Positions 40,901-52,900 of a stretch of 64,000 nucleotides of DNA are shown here, in pieces. Both the position numbers and the translations under genes were made by a program. This stretch comes from Antedon mediterranea (lineage: Eukaryota > Animalia > Echinodermata). The DNA lies in contig NC_092670.1 of assembly GCF_964355755.1 (NCBI RefSeq), positions 18,462,795 to 18,526,794 on the forward strand, read 5' to 3'. Every line of letters begins with the position of its first letter. Position 1 is the first letter of the stretch. Under the pieces are notes generated by a model. It made no database searches and had not been told where the DNA came from. It saw nothing but the letters and a program-made list of their open reading frames with translations.

Positions 40901-42802
40901 ATATCATGCAACCTTATATAGTAATAGCATACCCATGTTTGGTCATAAAAAGATATCATGCAACCTTATATAGTAATAGCATACCCATGTTTGGTAATAA
41001 AAAGATATCAGTGCAACCATAGTAATTGCATAGCCATGCAAAGATATTGAACCAATAGTAATTGTGTGCCCATATTTGATCATGGCGAGATATCCTTGCA
41101 ACCTTATATAGTAATGTTTTGCCCATGTTTGGTCATGATACTATATCATTGCAACCATATAGTAATTGTGTTCTCATAATTGGTTATGAAAAAAGTTAAC
41201 AAATTATTCTTGTATTGCAGTCAATTAAACAGGGTGTATATGATGTGGTACCTAGAAACACATTTGATGGTCTAACAGCCGAAGACTTTAGACTTCTTTT
41301 GAATGGTGTTGGTAAAGTAGATATACTTAGGCTTATCAGTTACACCACCTTCAATGATGAAACTGGTAAGATATGGATATTTATAACAACAATTAAGAAC
41401 ACAAATTATTAAAATTAATATAGTAATCATCTGTATTACAGACCTGTAAGAAATGTCAAAATCTACATTTTAAAGAAGAAAGTCAAATTATCATCAATCT
41501 ATCATCTCTCATCTATCGTGTATTTTGTTTTTCGATATTGAACCCCTAACTCTTTAATCAAACAAAAAAACCATCTGCCCTGCCACATTTACCAAGTTAT
41601 TGTAAACTCTGTGAATAAATTAATTAATTAGTTTGTAAATGTATTACAAAGCTTTTGTAGGTTTATGGTATTTCCAGCAATTATTTTCACTTGAATAGCA
41701 ATGTAATGTAACTTATAATGTAACACAATACTCTGCAGGTTCAAGTGAAGCCAATGACAAGCTGACACGGTTTAAACAATGGTTCTGGTCAATTGTTGAA
41801 AAGATGAACAATGAACAAAGACAAGATCTGGTGAGTACTTTATCATATCTTACTTATCATTCATTTTTACTTGGCAAAACAAGATTTTGCCAAATATAGT
41901 ACTCTCTTTGTTAGCATGATAGCACCTACTATTTTCAAGTTATTGTTCTGAAAATTTCATTCGGTGGACATAGGTAAATACTTAACAGAACATGCCTATT
42001 GAAATTCAAGAACATCTGTTCATTAATAACTTCACAAATAAAAAAAAGGAAAGTGTGTATTCTTCTAACATGGGCAGAAATATCAACATGCACCCTCTGT
42101 GTCAATATTAGTACAAGTACTACACTCAGTTTCTGATGTTATACTCTCATGATCACCATCGTCGTTATCCGCCTTACTACCTTCACCACCATCATCATCT
42201 ACCATTATTTTTTACCACAACATTTAATACATTTAATTCCCTTCTAACAAGGACGTAATCCAGGACTGATTGTATCTGTCCTCTGCGCTTGTTGGCCGTT
42301 CTTAATTACAGTTCACTCATTGAAGAACGTGTGATGCATATTAGTGAAACATGTCAGCTTAGCTATGCACACCTTTTTTTGTTATATCTGCATGTAAATA
42401 CACATTTTAAAGCCATTTGGGCATAAATTGTTTTAGAACTGTGCTTCTGTATATAAATTTACGTAAGGGCAAAATTTGTTAATTCATGCGTAACTTCTAG
42501 ATGCTTGCATACGATCAAATTATCATATAATTATTAAGTTGAAGTAAAATTCTATATTTATTGTATATATAATTGGATAATTTGTTTAGGTTTATTTCTG
42601 GATGTCAAGTCCTAATTTACCAGCAAGTGAGGAGGGATTCCAACCAATGCCGACGATCACAATCCGACCACCAGATGATAATCACTTACCCACAGCTAAC
42701 ACATGCATATCAAGGCTCTACATCCCTCTATACAGCTCCAAGACAATACTCAAGAAGAAGATTCTGTTGGCTATTAAAACAAAAGCATTTGGTTTTGTGT
42801 AA
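16925..42802 (+). CDS. UBR5: E3 ubiquitin-protein ligase UBR5 (EDD/hyd), 44 coding exons
   Basis: N-terminus [21 protein letters not shown]; UBA region ([40 protein letters not shown]); UBR box ([39 protein letters not shown]); MLLE (KITGMLLE); HECT end [19 protein letters not shown]. Exons: 16925-16986,18744-18785,19856-19937,20314-20390,20849-20953,21698-21917,22335-22422,22531-22650,22907-23118,23317-23439,23917-24027,24323-24480,25110-25224,25745-26066,26195-26563,27057-27211,27349-27552,27762-27975,28328-28487,28689-29024,29235-29514,29859-29950,30339-30485,30580-30686,30809-30935,31352-31481,31929-32086,32412-32580,32887-33163,33528-33695,33948-34193,34360-34607,35183-36230,36373-37288,37549-37768,37946-38204,38397-38644,38949-39079,39341-39571,39827-39911,40401-40670,41221-41365,41739-41830,42590-42802. 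Confidence 0.97.
19158..19418. repeat. ~66-bp minisatellite, ~4 copies (UBR5 intron 2)
   Basis: Unit AATATCGCTCCCAGTTTCATTTAACAACACAAGGTGCAGTTGAACCCCTATTAAAGGGACACATTC. Confidence 0.9.
19984..20140. mobile_element. MITE family A copy
   Basis: Family A TIR and internal ATCACTACCATATTTGGGC repeats. Confidence 0.85.
21375..21630. mobile_element. degenerate TTA-flanked MITE
   Basis: tta|AGCCTCGATCGCATTAGA ... TCCAGTGTGAACAAGGCT|tta, imperfect TIRs. Confidence 0.45.
22170..22289 (+). mobile_element. L2-type LINE 3' end fragment
   Basis: Translates [10 protein letters not shown], followed by an AGCGCCTTTGA...GGCGCT stem and a (TAT)n tail. Confidence 0.6.
22719..22849. mobile_element. MITE family A copy (reverse orientation)
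   Basis: Both family A termini present. Confidence 0.85.
23612..23935 (+). repeat. degenerate ~147-bp tandem repeat that includes the UBR5 exon 11 acceptor
   Basis: TGTAG|AG(T/A)..CA..TATT(T/C)CAT at 23622, 23767 and at the true acceptor 23916. Confidence 0.7.
24835..24986 (-). mobile_element. tRNA-derived SINE fragment
   Basis: Minus-strand head GAGCCGAGCGGTTAAGGCAG; shares the CCTACTCGTCTC motif with the SINE at 47218-47643. Confidence 0.55.
26825..26963. mobile_element. MITE family A copy (both arms of the ACTAGTTTGA type)
   Basis: Family A sequence. Confidence 0.85.
28019..28122. mobile_element. MITE family A copy, internally deleted
   Basis: Both TIRs intact. Confidence 0.85.
29548..29800 (+). 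mobile_element. degenerate tRNA-derived SINE
   Basis: A-box-like TGGCATAATAG and B-box GGTTCAAATCC followed by a non-tRNA body; no cloverleaf. Confidence 0.45.
32687..32800. mobile_element. MITE family A copy, degenerate
   Basis: Family A core sequence. Confidence 0.8.
34538..35098 (+). repeat. ~96-bp tandem repeat (6+ copies) made of the last 70 nt of UBR5 exon 32 plus its splice donor
   Basis: Unit AAACTACCATGGTGTTGAATC...GATATTCAG|GTAAGTG.. starts at 34538, 34634, 34729, 34825, 34903, 34987 and 35083 (partial). Confidence 0.95.
37003..37212 (+). repeat. coding 21-bp repeat (AGPSSSA)n within UBR5 exon 34
   Basis: GCAGCTGGACCCTCATCGTCT-like units, about 9 degenerate copies. Confidence 0.85.
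40677..41180. repeat. 52-bp minisatellite, ~6 near-perfect plus ~3 degenerate copies, filling UBR5 intron 41
   Basis: Unit TGCAACCTTATATAGTAATAGCATACCCATGTTTGGTCATAAAAAGATATCA. Confidence 0.95.
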
Positions 42803-42833
42803 GATAGAATGTTTGTCGATTTGATTCAAATGT

Positions 42834-42990
42834 GCTGTGCACTTTGACCTTTAAAGAGGGAAAGCTGTGCACTTTGACCTACAAAGAGGCAAAGCTGTGC
42901 ACTTTGACCTTTACAGAGGAAAAGCTGTGCACTTTGATCTTTACAGAGTTAAAGCTGTGCACTTTGACCTTTAAAGACATAAATCTGTGC
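42834..42990 (+). repeat. 30-bp tandem repeat x5 in the proximal UBR5 3' UTR
   Basis: Conserved core AAAGCTGTGCACTTTGACCT with a variable ~10-nt spacer. Confidence 0.9.
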
Positions 42991-44750
42991 GTAAATGTGC
43001 TTTAGTTGATAAGGAAAGGAACAAAAGTACTGTATTATGGTTTGTGTAAGGGAAAGACTGTAGTGTTTTGGTTTAGGAAAGAAAGCAATCTGCATGGGTT
43101 TTTGTGTAAAGAGAAAGATGCCATGACCTTTTGGTTGTTTGTGCATGAGAAAGAATCCAATACACATATGTTTGGTGTAACTGAAAGATGTTGGCATTAG
43201 CTTACAATCGAACAAATATGGTTATGTAAGGGGAAGATGCCATGGATTCAAGATTGTATTGTTAAAATGAAATGAATTAGTACGTAATAGTTGAATGCTA
43301 CTTGTGTGTAAAACAAACAAAAAAGATTTTTTGTTGTTGAATGTGTCGATGTGTGTATGTGGAGAAGCAAGTCCTATGTTTACAATAATATTCTGGTTAA
43401 ATAAGTTGTAAGTGAAAAAGCACATGCTTGCTTATGATCCCATTGCATTAAGAATAAAACGTAGAAAACGGAACATGAAGAAACGATAACAAAGTGGAAA
43501 AAATTCTTGTAAGCTTAGAAATGTAGTGAAACAGTAAGATAGGAAGAGTTGTTGTTGCATGAAAATGTGAAGTAGTTAAAGGGAATATATACAATATTTT
43601 CTACCGCAATTACTGCAGTTGCTGCAGAACTATGAGACATTTATTACAGAAATATGAAATATATAATGCAGTTGATAAATAGCCTAATATGGTAACATGC
43701 TGTAATGACGACATGTGCAATCTGTTATAACTTTATAAAAGTATTATCTACTTTTAATGGACTAAGAATAATTGTTGATATTATTGTGAAAAGAAATATA
43801 AAACTAGCAATTGTTTACTATTTCATAATCATATCAATGATAATTGAATGGTTTTCTTAGATATGATGATGCTCCTTTGAAATGTTCCCGACATACCAAC
43901 AATTATAGAGCGCCCTCAATACCTACAGGACTTTATTGCTATACGCAGCCAATGTATTTTACAGTTTTTAATCATGTATTCAAAATACATTTAATTATTA
44001 CAAGCAAGATCTTTTATTTTATTTTTTCCAAAGATAAATGGAAGAATCTCTTCTGTTATCTTTTTAATTATGCTGTTTATTTTTAAATAATATTTTATTC
44101 TTTGTGTTTTATTAAGAGTTACTTGAAATATGGAATGTTTGTATAAATCCAATGTGAATCAATATCAATGTTTAGGATTAATGCAAGGCTAGTGAATTAG
44201 GGCGTTGTACCAATAGGCAAGTACTCCTAGCCTAAAAGCGGCACTGAAAACAGTTTGACCAATCACAATGCGATGGATCATCCAAACTGTCGCTTGTGAT
44301 TGGTCAACTAACTTGCGTTGGGTCCAAGTGGAAACAAACCAACTACTAGTCAGAGTATGTGAACCGATATAGAGGTCAGGTATTCATTTAATATAATTGT
44401 TACGCAAAATAAATGAATACACAATAACTATTATGCCTATAATGAGTTTATTTATTCGTTTTGTTAATTCAACATTTAATTTCTTAACATTTAATCATCT
44501 TCTTATAGGCTCACTCACGTAACTAGACATGTCGAACAATTAAATAAGCCGATATTTTGGCCATTTTTCGAAAAAATCCTTGTATTTTAAAAATGGCCAA
44601 TTATCGACCCTTTTATTTTTCGACATAACTGGTGTCTATGGTACTATAAGATGATGATAAGGCAATATATGATCATATAGAGCAATTTTATCACATAATA
44701 ATTAATTTTAAAAAGCCAATATTTTGGCCATTTTTCGAAGAAATCCGTGA

Positions 44751-45030
44751 ATTGCACCCCCTATAATAGATAGTTATTAACTGTTATATTATAGGGGGTG
44801 CAATCTGTCACGAGGGTACCTAATATTCTAGACAGTCCGAAATATATTTCACCCCTACAGTATAATAAATATTTATTAACTGTTATATTATAGGGGGTGC
44901 AATCTGTCACGAGGGTACCTAATATTCTAGACAGTCTGAAATATATTTCACTCCTACACTAAATATTTATTAACTGTTATATTATAGGGGGTGCAATCTG
45001 TCACGGGGTACCTCTGACAGTCCGAAATAT
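44751..45030. repeat. 18-bp-arm hairpin running into a ~98-bp tandem repeat (~2.6 copies); probable transposon subterminal remnant
   Basis: ATTGCACCCCCTATAATA/TATTATAGGGGGTGCAAT; the unit TATTAACTGTTATATTATAGGGGGTGCAATCTGTCACG.. occurs three times. Confidence 0.8.
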
Positions 45031-45762
45031 AGTTAAACTTTTTTCACGCTGCTGCTTTAGCCCACTACGTCCCAGGAGGATGACTCATTAAGAAACCGAA
45101 AGTAAAGCAGCAGTTATATATCTAAGGTTGACAGTTTTGTTAAAATGCATACTCGACTGTAATTTATAGGTACCACCAAAAAACGTCTGGGAAAGAGTCT
45201 AACGGTTGAATGACAAATCTCAAAGCATTTGTGGTATTTATGAGTCCCATGATAATTCGCTGTCAGATGATACTTCACACTTGAATGAAGTATCTAGGCG
45301 TGATGAAGTGACCCCCAGACTTGACGACCTTAGCAATAAAATAAACTAAAGTGACTGACATGAAACACAGACTCTGTAACAAAAAAATAATATTTGTTCA
45401 CATATAAAAAAAGAAAAGAATCGTTAATAATTATAACTCAAACCATTGTCTGACAGACAATTTAAGTATTTTTTGCTTTAAAATTACATTTTTTTCAGGT
45501 AAAATAACTATTATGTGACAATAAAATGACACATTCAAACACAAATTTGAAATAAAAAATATTTTTCAGAGGGGCAATATATCTTTAAACTGTTACGTCA
45601 ATAAGCGAGCAGCGTTTTTTGTAAGAAATATTTCTTTTTGTATTATTAACTAGTGAATCAGACGTTCGAAAAAAAAAAATAAATATACAATAATAATTCA
45701 ATTCAACATTTAGTTTAGAAAAAATATTCCATAGCACACACTTAATTGATATTCAGTCGATT

Positions 45763-45807
45763 CATAGAGATATTATAGTGATTATAGTTCACTATAATAT
45801 CTCTATG
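45763..45807. mobile_element. 45-bp hairpin mini-element, CA..TG termini, 7-bp direct flanks (P-like)
   Basis: GTCGATT|CATAGAGATATTATAGTGA-7nt-TCACTATAATATCTCTATG|GTCGATT. Confidence 0.6.
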
Positions 45808-46913
45808 GTCGATTGAATTATCATCGATTAACAATACAATCGATCATCGTAATTATCGGTCGTGAGTCGTTATGTGTAAAGCGCCAACTATGCATTATAT
45901 ACTCATAAGTAATGGTAACTTGTATTTAACCATTATCGTTATATATAAATTGTTTTGTTCTTTTTTGTGGATTATTTTTCTATACTTTCAGACACAATTA
46001 TTGTTTGCTGATACATTTTTCGGTTGTTAGAAAATCTCATTTGTAATTATTTAAGTGTTACATATTTTTGCTTATTAAGCGTCCCATATCATTTTTGTAA
46101 CTATGAGGGCGAACTGGAAAAAACAACTGTAAATAGAAAGTGTGATTCCTCTCTCTAAATTTGGTCAATGAGATGAATTATTAATACATTAGAAAGCGAT
46201 CCAATATATATATAGTTTTGTAAGCATTAAATGAGTTATATATTGTTTATTTGATGTACAATATAGAAAATAATGTTTTACTTTAGCCAGCCTAGCTGCT
46301 ACGTTAGGTCCTAGCCTGCCATCATCATTCCCCGCATTTTCATGGGGGCGAAGTGCCCTTTTCTGTGCCTCTCCTCCCAGGTTAAAAGGCAAAAATGAGG
46401 GCCTAAACCTATTTTTTTGTAAACCACTCATTGGTTGCATATTTATCCACTGAATAAAGACCTAGACTTAGAAGAATATCGGATATATTATTTATTTAGT
46501 GATTACAAAATATTATTTTATTTTAGTAATATTAATATTATCAATTATTACTATTAGGCCTATACTACTATATACTAGCCTAGCTAGGCCTATAATTATA
46601 TTAAATTGACTGATGCCTGGGCCTAACTAGTCTAGGCTAAATAATATATTATTTATTATTAATTAACAAAATATTATCTTATAAATCATTAATATTATGA
46701 ATATGATTTTTAATAAACCAAGGCCTACTAGGCCTAGACTATTATTATTAATTACTATTAATAATTATCATCAAATTGACTCTGCAAAACAATTCCTCCT
46801 CTACTACTAGTATTACTTGTACTAGTTTACTACTAGTGACAGTGTAAGATTGGGTTTGTAAGATTCCTGTATTTCTTTCTGCAGGCTCACATCATTATCG
46901 CAGAGTTTGGAAG

Positions 46914-49900
46914 ATGGCTGTATATTTCGACCATAGAGTCCAGACAGTTGCTGGAAGTCAAGTTGACATTGCATGGCATGATACACAACTACTTCTAGCT
47001 GTTGCTACAAGAACAGAAGGAGGTGGAGGCACTGTGCAACTCTATAATGAAGAGGTATTTATTTTTTAATTTTTAACAATATTTTGAATTTATAAAGCGT
47101 TAACTAATATGCGACACTTTATAAATAGGGGTAATAATAATTTATATTAATTAGCATCTAAAAGACAAAGATAAGTGATTGTAAAATAATAGTTCATTTC
47201 ATTTATTCAACAGTATGTAATATAATAATATAATATATAATAATATAATATATAATCATACGAATTTGTAAAGCGCCAATTCCAGCAACAATTAGTGATC
47301 AAAGGCGCTGTGGACTTAGATGTTAATACATCTTTTCAACAACATTCTTCTCCCCTAAGGGTCACATCATGGCATCGGCAGACAACGACGGCGCCATTAC
47401 GTTATGTCCATGACAGTGTGTATGTATGAACTAGTACATAGAAGTAACCCCCTACTCGTCTCGAAAGATGTACTAGGTTCTTTAAAGTGCACATGAGCCA
47501 GATGTACACTGGACCTACGGTTTATAGTCCTTATCCGAGAAGAATTGTTCTACCACCAGAACCATGGAGCAATGAGCCTCGAACCCTTGCCGATTTGATG
47601 GCTATGGATTACGGTTCCACTGTCTTAACCGCTCGGCCACACTTACTCACAACTCACTGGCCCAAGTACAATAATAGATAATAATACATACATTTAATTT
47701 TGAGTAGTACTAACAGCAAGTTACATTCATAGTTGTTCATTGGTAAAAGAAACTTTTTATTTTTATTGACATTCTAAAACAATACAGTAGATGGCCATAG
47801 CAAGAGGTTTAAAATGACAGGTCAAAGATGTTTTAAATATAATTTTATATATACAAGCTGTGCCGGGCAATGGGAGGCAGTTTGTGAAAATTTAAAGTTT
47901 CATGCAGTATATATTTAGTGTTGTTTTCATTCTCTTTTTTTTAGGGTGAAGAACTAGAAAATGCCTGTGTTCAACGCTCATGTGGCTCGTCTTCGTTAAG
48001 TTGGCACCCTCTTAAGCCCATCTTTGCCAGTGGATGGGAATCTGGCCAGGTTCTTGTGTGGAATGATGAATCCAAAGAAGTGCATGAAGCACCAAATTTG
48101 CATAAATCAGAAGTGTGCTTGATCACGTGGAACGATCGTGGAACTAGAATCGTAACTGCTGACAAGGTAATGTTGTTTATTGAATCTCTTTTGATACAAT
48201 AATATTAAATTCAGTATTTGTTTTCTTTTGTGCATAAGAAACAGCATGTGCATGCTGTGGGCACTGTCCTGTGTCTGCCATAAGCCCAGTATACTATGTA
48301 TGTCATACACTATATTTAACTCCATCAGGCTGGGCTTATAATAGTATGGAAGGCCGATACAAAAGGTCGCATTAATCCAACACCAGTGTGTCAACATGAA
48401 AATCAACAGAAACCAAGGCAGTGTATATTTAAACCAACACCACAAGACAATTCAGAGTAAGTTAAACAAAATGGGAAAATTGTGTTGATATTATAAATAT
48501 ATAAAGTTTTATACTACACAAAGAAGATACTCAAGATCCAGAAACATATACTTCTTATTCAATTTATTATAGATTAATTAATTATATTAACTGATTTTTA
48601 GATCAGAAATAGCTGCACTGGCCCGGGCAGCTGTTAGAGGAGATGAGAGGGCGCTTGACATGTTTTCATGGCGTAAGGAGCTCATCAAGTCGTCCAAGAC
48701 AAATGCTGGTGATGGATTTTCTTGTTACATCGCTGGAGCAGATGGTAAGTTTCTTAAAATTGTCTCACTATGACGATAAAGCTCTATCTACACTATTGAT
48801 ATTTATTGATATTTGTTTTATTTCATTTCAAGCACGACAAAATACAGTACATTTGTAACATTGTAAAACTAGTTTGACAAAAAAAGTGTGATGTGCCCAA
48901 ATATGGTAGTGATATTACATCATTGTGTCTATACTGTATATGGGGGCATCATATTTTTTGTCACATAAAGTTTGATTGTGTAGACAGAGCTTAATATGTC
49001 CTTGCCAATTATAATCCCCTCAAGCATTGTTTTTTAAACCTTGAGTAGATTTGAAAAAAACATTCATACAGATCTTTATGTCACTTTTTTTCATTTTTCC
49101 ATTTTGTAGGTGATGTGATTTACATTGATGAAAAGGGAAACGTCTTCAACATGCATAAGTGTGAGGAACCGGTGAAGAAGCTTCTATACAATGAGCATCG
49201 TAACATCCTGGTTATCATCACCGATTCTCTGATGCTTTCTCAACATACTGTCATGAGTGATGGAAAGTTACAGGAGACTATGAAGGTATGAATGATAAAA
49301 AGCTCTGTCTACACTATCAAGTGTGGTGTGTCCAAATATGGTAGTGATATGCCCAAATATGGTAGTGTTATGACATCACCATGTCCATATACTGTATGGG
49401 CACATCACATTTATTTGTCACATAAAGTTTTATAGTGTAGACAAGGCTTTATATAGAGTTAAACCAAACACATTGAGATTGATAGGCAAATATATTAACC
49501 ACCATGCTACAGAGCCACTAAATACTGTTTTGAAGTCTCTAAAGACAATTTAGTACACTAGAGTATTTATATTTGAAATAATACAACATGAAAATATTTG
49601 AAAAAAGATTATTAGAGTTATAATAGATTTGAACCAAACACATTGGTATTGATTAGCAACCATATAAAACACCATGCTACAGAGCCACTAAATTTATTTT
49701 GTCTTAACAGGTTAAATTGAGTGGCAAGCCAACAGACACAGACTGTGCCATTGTCTGGGCTGGCAAGGGACTGTTAGCAACTGCTAGTGGTGACTGTACT
49801 GTTCGTATGTGGGACCTCGATAAAGATGATAACTTTGTTCTAGCATTAGATCCACAGTCGGGATTTGAGACAGGAGAATGTGTGAATTGTGTTTCATACT

Positions 49901-52900
49901 GTAAAAACAAAGGTACAATAATTATTTATTGTTTGAACATTGTTTATTTATATTGACACTTTTAGTTATTATTTAATTATACAAAAAATCCTAATGTTAA
50001 ATATTAATGCGATATGATTTTTTCAACAGAAATTCTCGCAGGCGGAACTGATCGAGGCCGTGTGGCATTCTGGAAGTACTCGCCCAACCGCGGTCTGATG
50101 GCTCGCAAGCAAGAGAGTGAAACCAAATGGAAACTTCAGAAAGCTTCTAACTTAGAGGGAAATATACTTCAAATAAAATGGGGGACAAAGAAGAACCTCC
50201 TGGCAACAAATACAATCAACCTTGTTACTGTCTTGAATGAGCAACTTATGAGTGGACACATGAAAGATGAGGTCAGGCCATAGGTCAACTTAATGAGAAA
50301 TGCAATGTACCATTTAGGCCACCTTTTTACTCATAAAATATTGAATCTTGGTTCCAGAAGACTATTCTACACTATCAAACTTTATGTGACAAAAAAATGT
50401 GATGTGCCCATGCATATATGGACATGATGATGTCATATCACTACCATATTTAACCATATCACTACCATTTTTTTTATCACACTTTTTTTGTCAAACTAGT
50501 TTAGAAGTCACTATTTTTTTGTGGCAGAGTGTAAGAAGCTTCTCATTTGTTCTATACAAATCTTAAATTCTCAGAATAGTTTATTTCCTGTTCACAGATC
50601 TGTGTGGTGCAGACAGGACCTAACACCTTATCAGTGGATATGTTTGCTAATAAGACTCATCACAACGTTAACACCGATATTCATGTTAAAGGAGTCTATG
50701 TATCAAAGGTGACATTATTTGTTATATTATTTCGCTATTGTTTTAATCCTGTATAAATATATGTTTTTAAATTCAAAATACAGTATAATAAAATATTATA
50801 AGGAAAATACCAAAAGAAAGTTTTTATCTGTTTTAAAATGGCCATTTGTTTTATTTTATATGTGATAGGAGCACATGGTGATTTGGAATGGTAGAAAAGC
50901 TGTTGTCTATGAGATTGGCCAACAAGCTATTCGAGCCTCAGGTACAGTATTTAATAGTTCAAACAATTGGTTTTAGGGGTCAATGCAGGTCAATACCTGG
51001 TTCCTGAATGTCACTGGGTAATATTGGCATTTGTTCATTCACCACTTTTAAGCTCTGTCTACACTATCAAACTTTATGTGACAACAAAATGTGATGTGCC
51101 CATTTATGGACATGAAGATGTCATATCACTACTATATTTGGGCATATCACTACCATATTTGGGCACATCACACTTTTTTGTCAAACTAGTTTGATAGTGT
51201 AGACAGAGCTTTAGAGCCTAATGCTGAATGAAATTAATAGTTTGCTGTTAGATTGAAACATATACTCTGTTTGCTTTTAGGTACATTTTCTACCGAGTCT
51301 TCAGTTGTTTGTTTGTATGAGCAAAATGTTTACACCACTGAGCCAGGCAAAATACAAGTTAGGACATTCCAGGTATTATTCAAGTTTGTTTGTATTTAAA
51401 TTTATAAATTATTAATTTTTAAAATTTATAAGAGTAACTGATTTTTCTTCTTTTTAAAAACAAATATAGGGCACAGTAAAGCAATTGATATCGCTAAATG
51501 ATGATGATGGTGAACCAGTTACCATGGAAATTTGTAACAAATGCCTTGTTGTTGCCACATCATCAGGATTTGTCAAAGTTTACGACATATCTAGGAGGTA
51601 AGATGTACATTGCGTTGTGATCTTATACTCCTTTCACACAAGCAACACTTTAACCAGGTTTGTGTAGTGTAAAAGCATGTTCAACCATCCTAATGAAAGG
51701 GCCTTTTACACCTGTTCCAGAACGGTTTCGATCTGGTGCTGGCAAATCCGATATAATTTCAATGTTTCATTTTCATGCGGCTATGCGCATATTGATTGCC
51801 GCATATTCACATGCTGGATTCGCCCTGCCGGAACAGGTGTGAAAGACCCTTAAGACAAGATACTCTGACTGTACTGGTTTTTTTTTTTACAGGGAAGCCA
51901 AATTAACTTGCTCTAAAAACTTTGCAGAAATTATACCAGAACTGAAGATTATAAAGTCAGCCAAAGCAAACAGCACTGGAACTAGGGTGTCTTTAATAGT
52001 AGAAAAGGTAAGAAGTTATCTTTAAAAACAATAACTTTAAATATTACTCTGTAATGCTTATTCGTGTGCTTATATTTGGGCTTATCACTACAATATTTGG
52101 GCACATCACACCTTTTTTGTCAAACTACTGTAGTTTAATAGTTTAGACAGAGCTTTAGGCTATAGGCTCTCATTCAATGGCGTTAATGTATGGTGATTTG
52201 TTTCCATTAGACTGATGGTACACCAGACTCTAAACTATATATATGGGATGTTGATATGGATTCTATACAGTACTTTGATTTTGCAACTGGACAAGGAGAC
52301 CAAGACGATGTATTACTTACAAATAATGAAGATATGAATGACGTAGAAAGGTTTGTATGCGAAGTTGTTTATTGTGTCTGAATAATCAGTAGTGATCATA
52401 ATGCTAATTACAAACAGATTTGGACATATTCATTCATCAGATTTTAGTGTAGAGATTTTTGACTGTTCATAAATAAAAAATTTTACAGCATAGTTATAGA
52501 ATCTGTAGATTTAAGCCCAGTATTAACCATTCACACTTAGGCTATAAGGAAAACACTTACCATTAAAATTAAAACAATTTCCTATCTAAGTGAATACAAT
52601 TTATGGGAAATACTTAAATATTTATTGAGTGAAATACTTAATATTTACAGAAAATATCTCACTTAAGTGCGATTGGTGAAAAATGCCACAGGTCTCTTTA
52701 CCTGAATTATTCTTTTTATCCAGGGGAAGACTAGAAGCCGCTCAAGATGTTGCTATGAGATATCCATCCAAATTCTACTGGGATCCAATGGAACCAAAGC
52801 TGATTGTCTGTGAAGCTGTTCTGGCGCCTGACAATGAGAATGCAGCGCAAACTAAGAAGAAAAAGATTAGCACCCTTAATAATCTACCCGTACGTACAGT

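Noticed and set aside
45905-45920. X-box in the IFT140 promoter (ATGGTAAC)
   Set aside because: Only a half-site, and the TSS is unknown. The fuller match GTTACCATGGAAAT at ~51518 is inside a coding exon.
48245-48283. Alternative acceptor at 48244 for IFT140 exon 3
   Set aside because: Leads to an in-frame TAA; the acceptor at 48328 restores homology.
50967-51194. Recurrent peptide [18 protein letters not shown] in several ORFs (also 53951, 59827, 62511)
   Set aside because: Translation of MITE family A, not a protein family.
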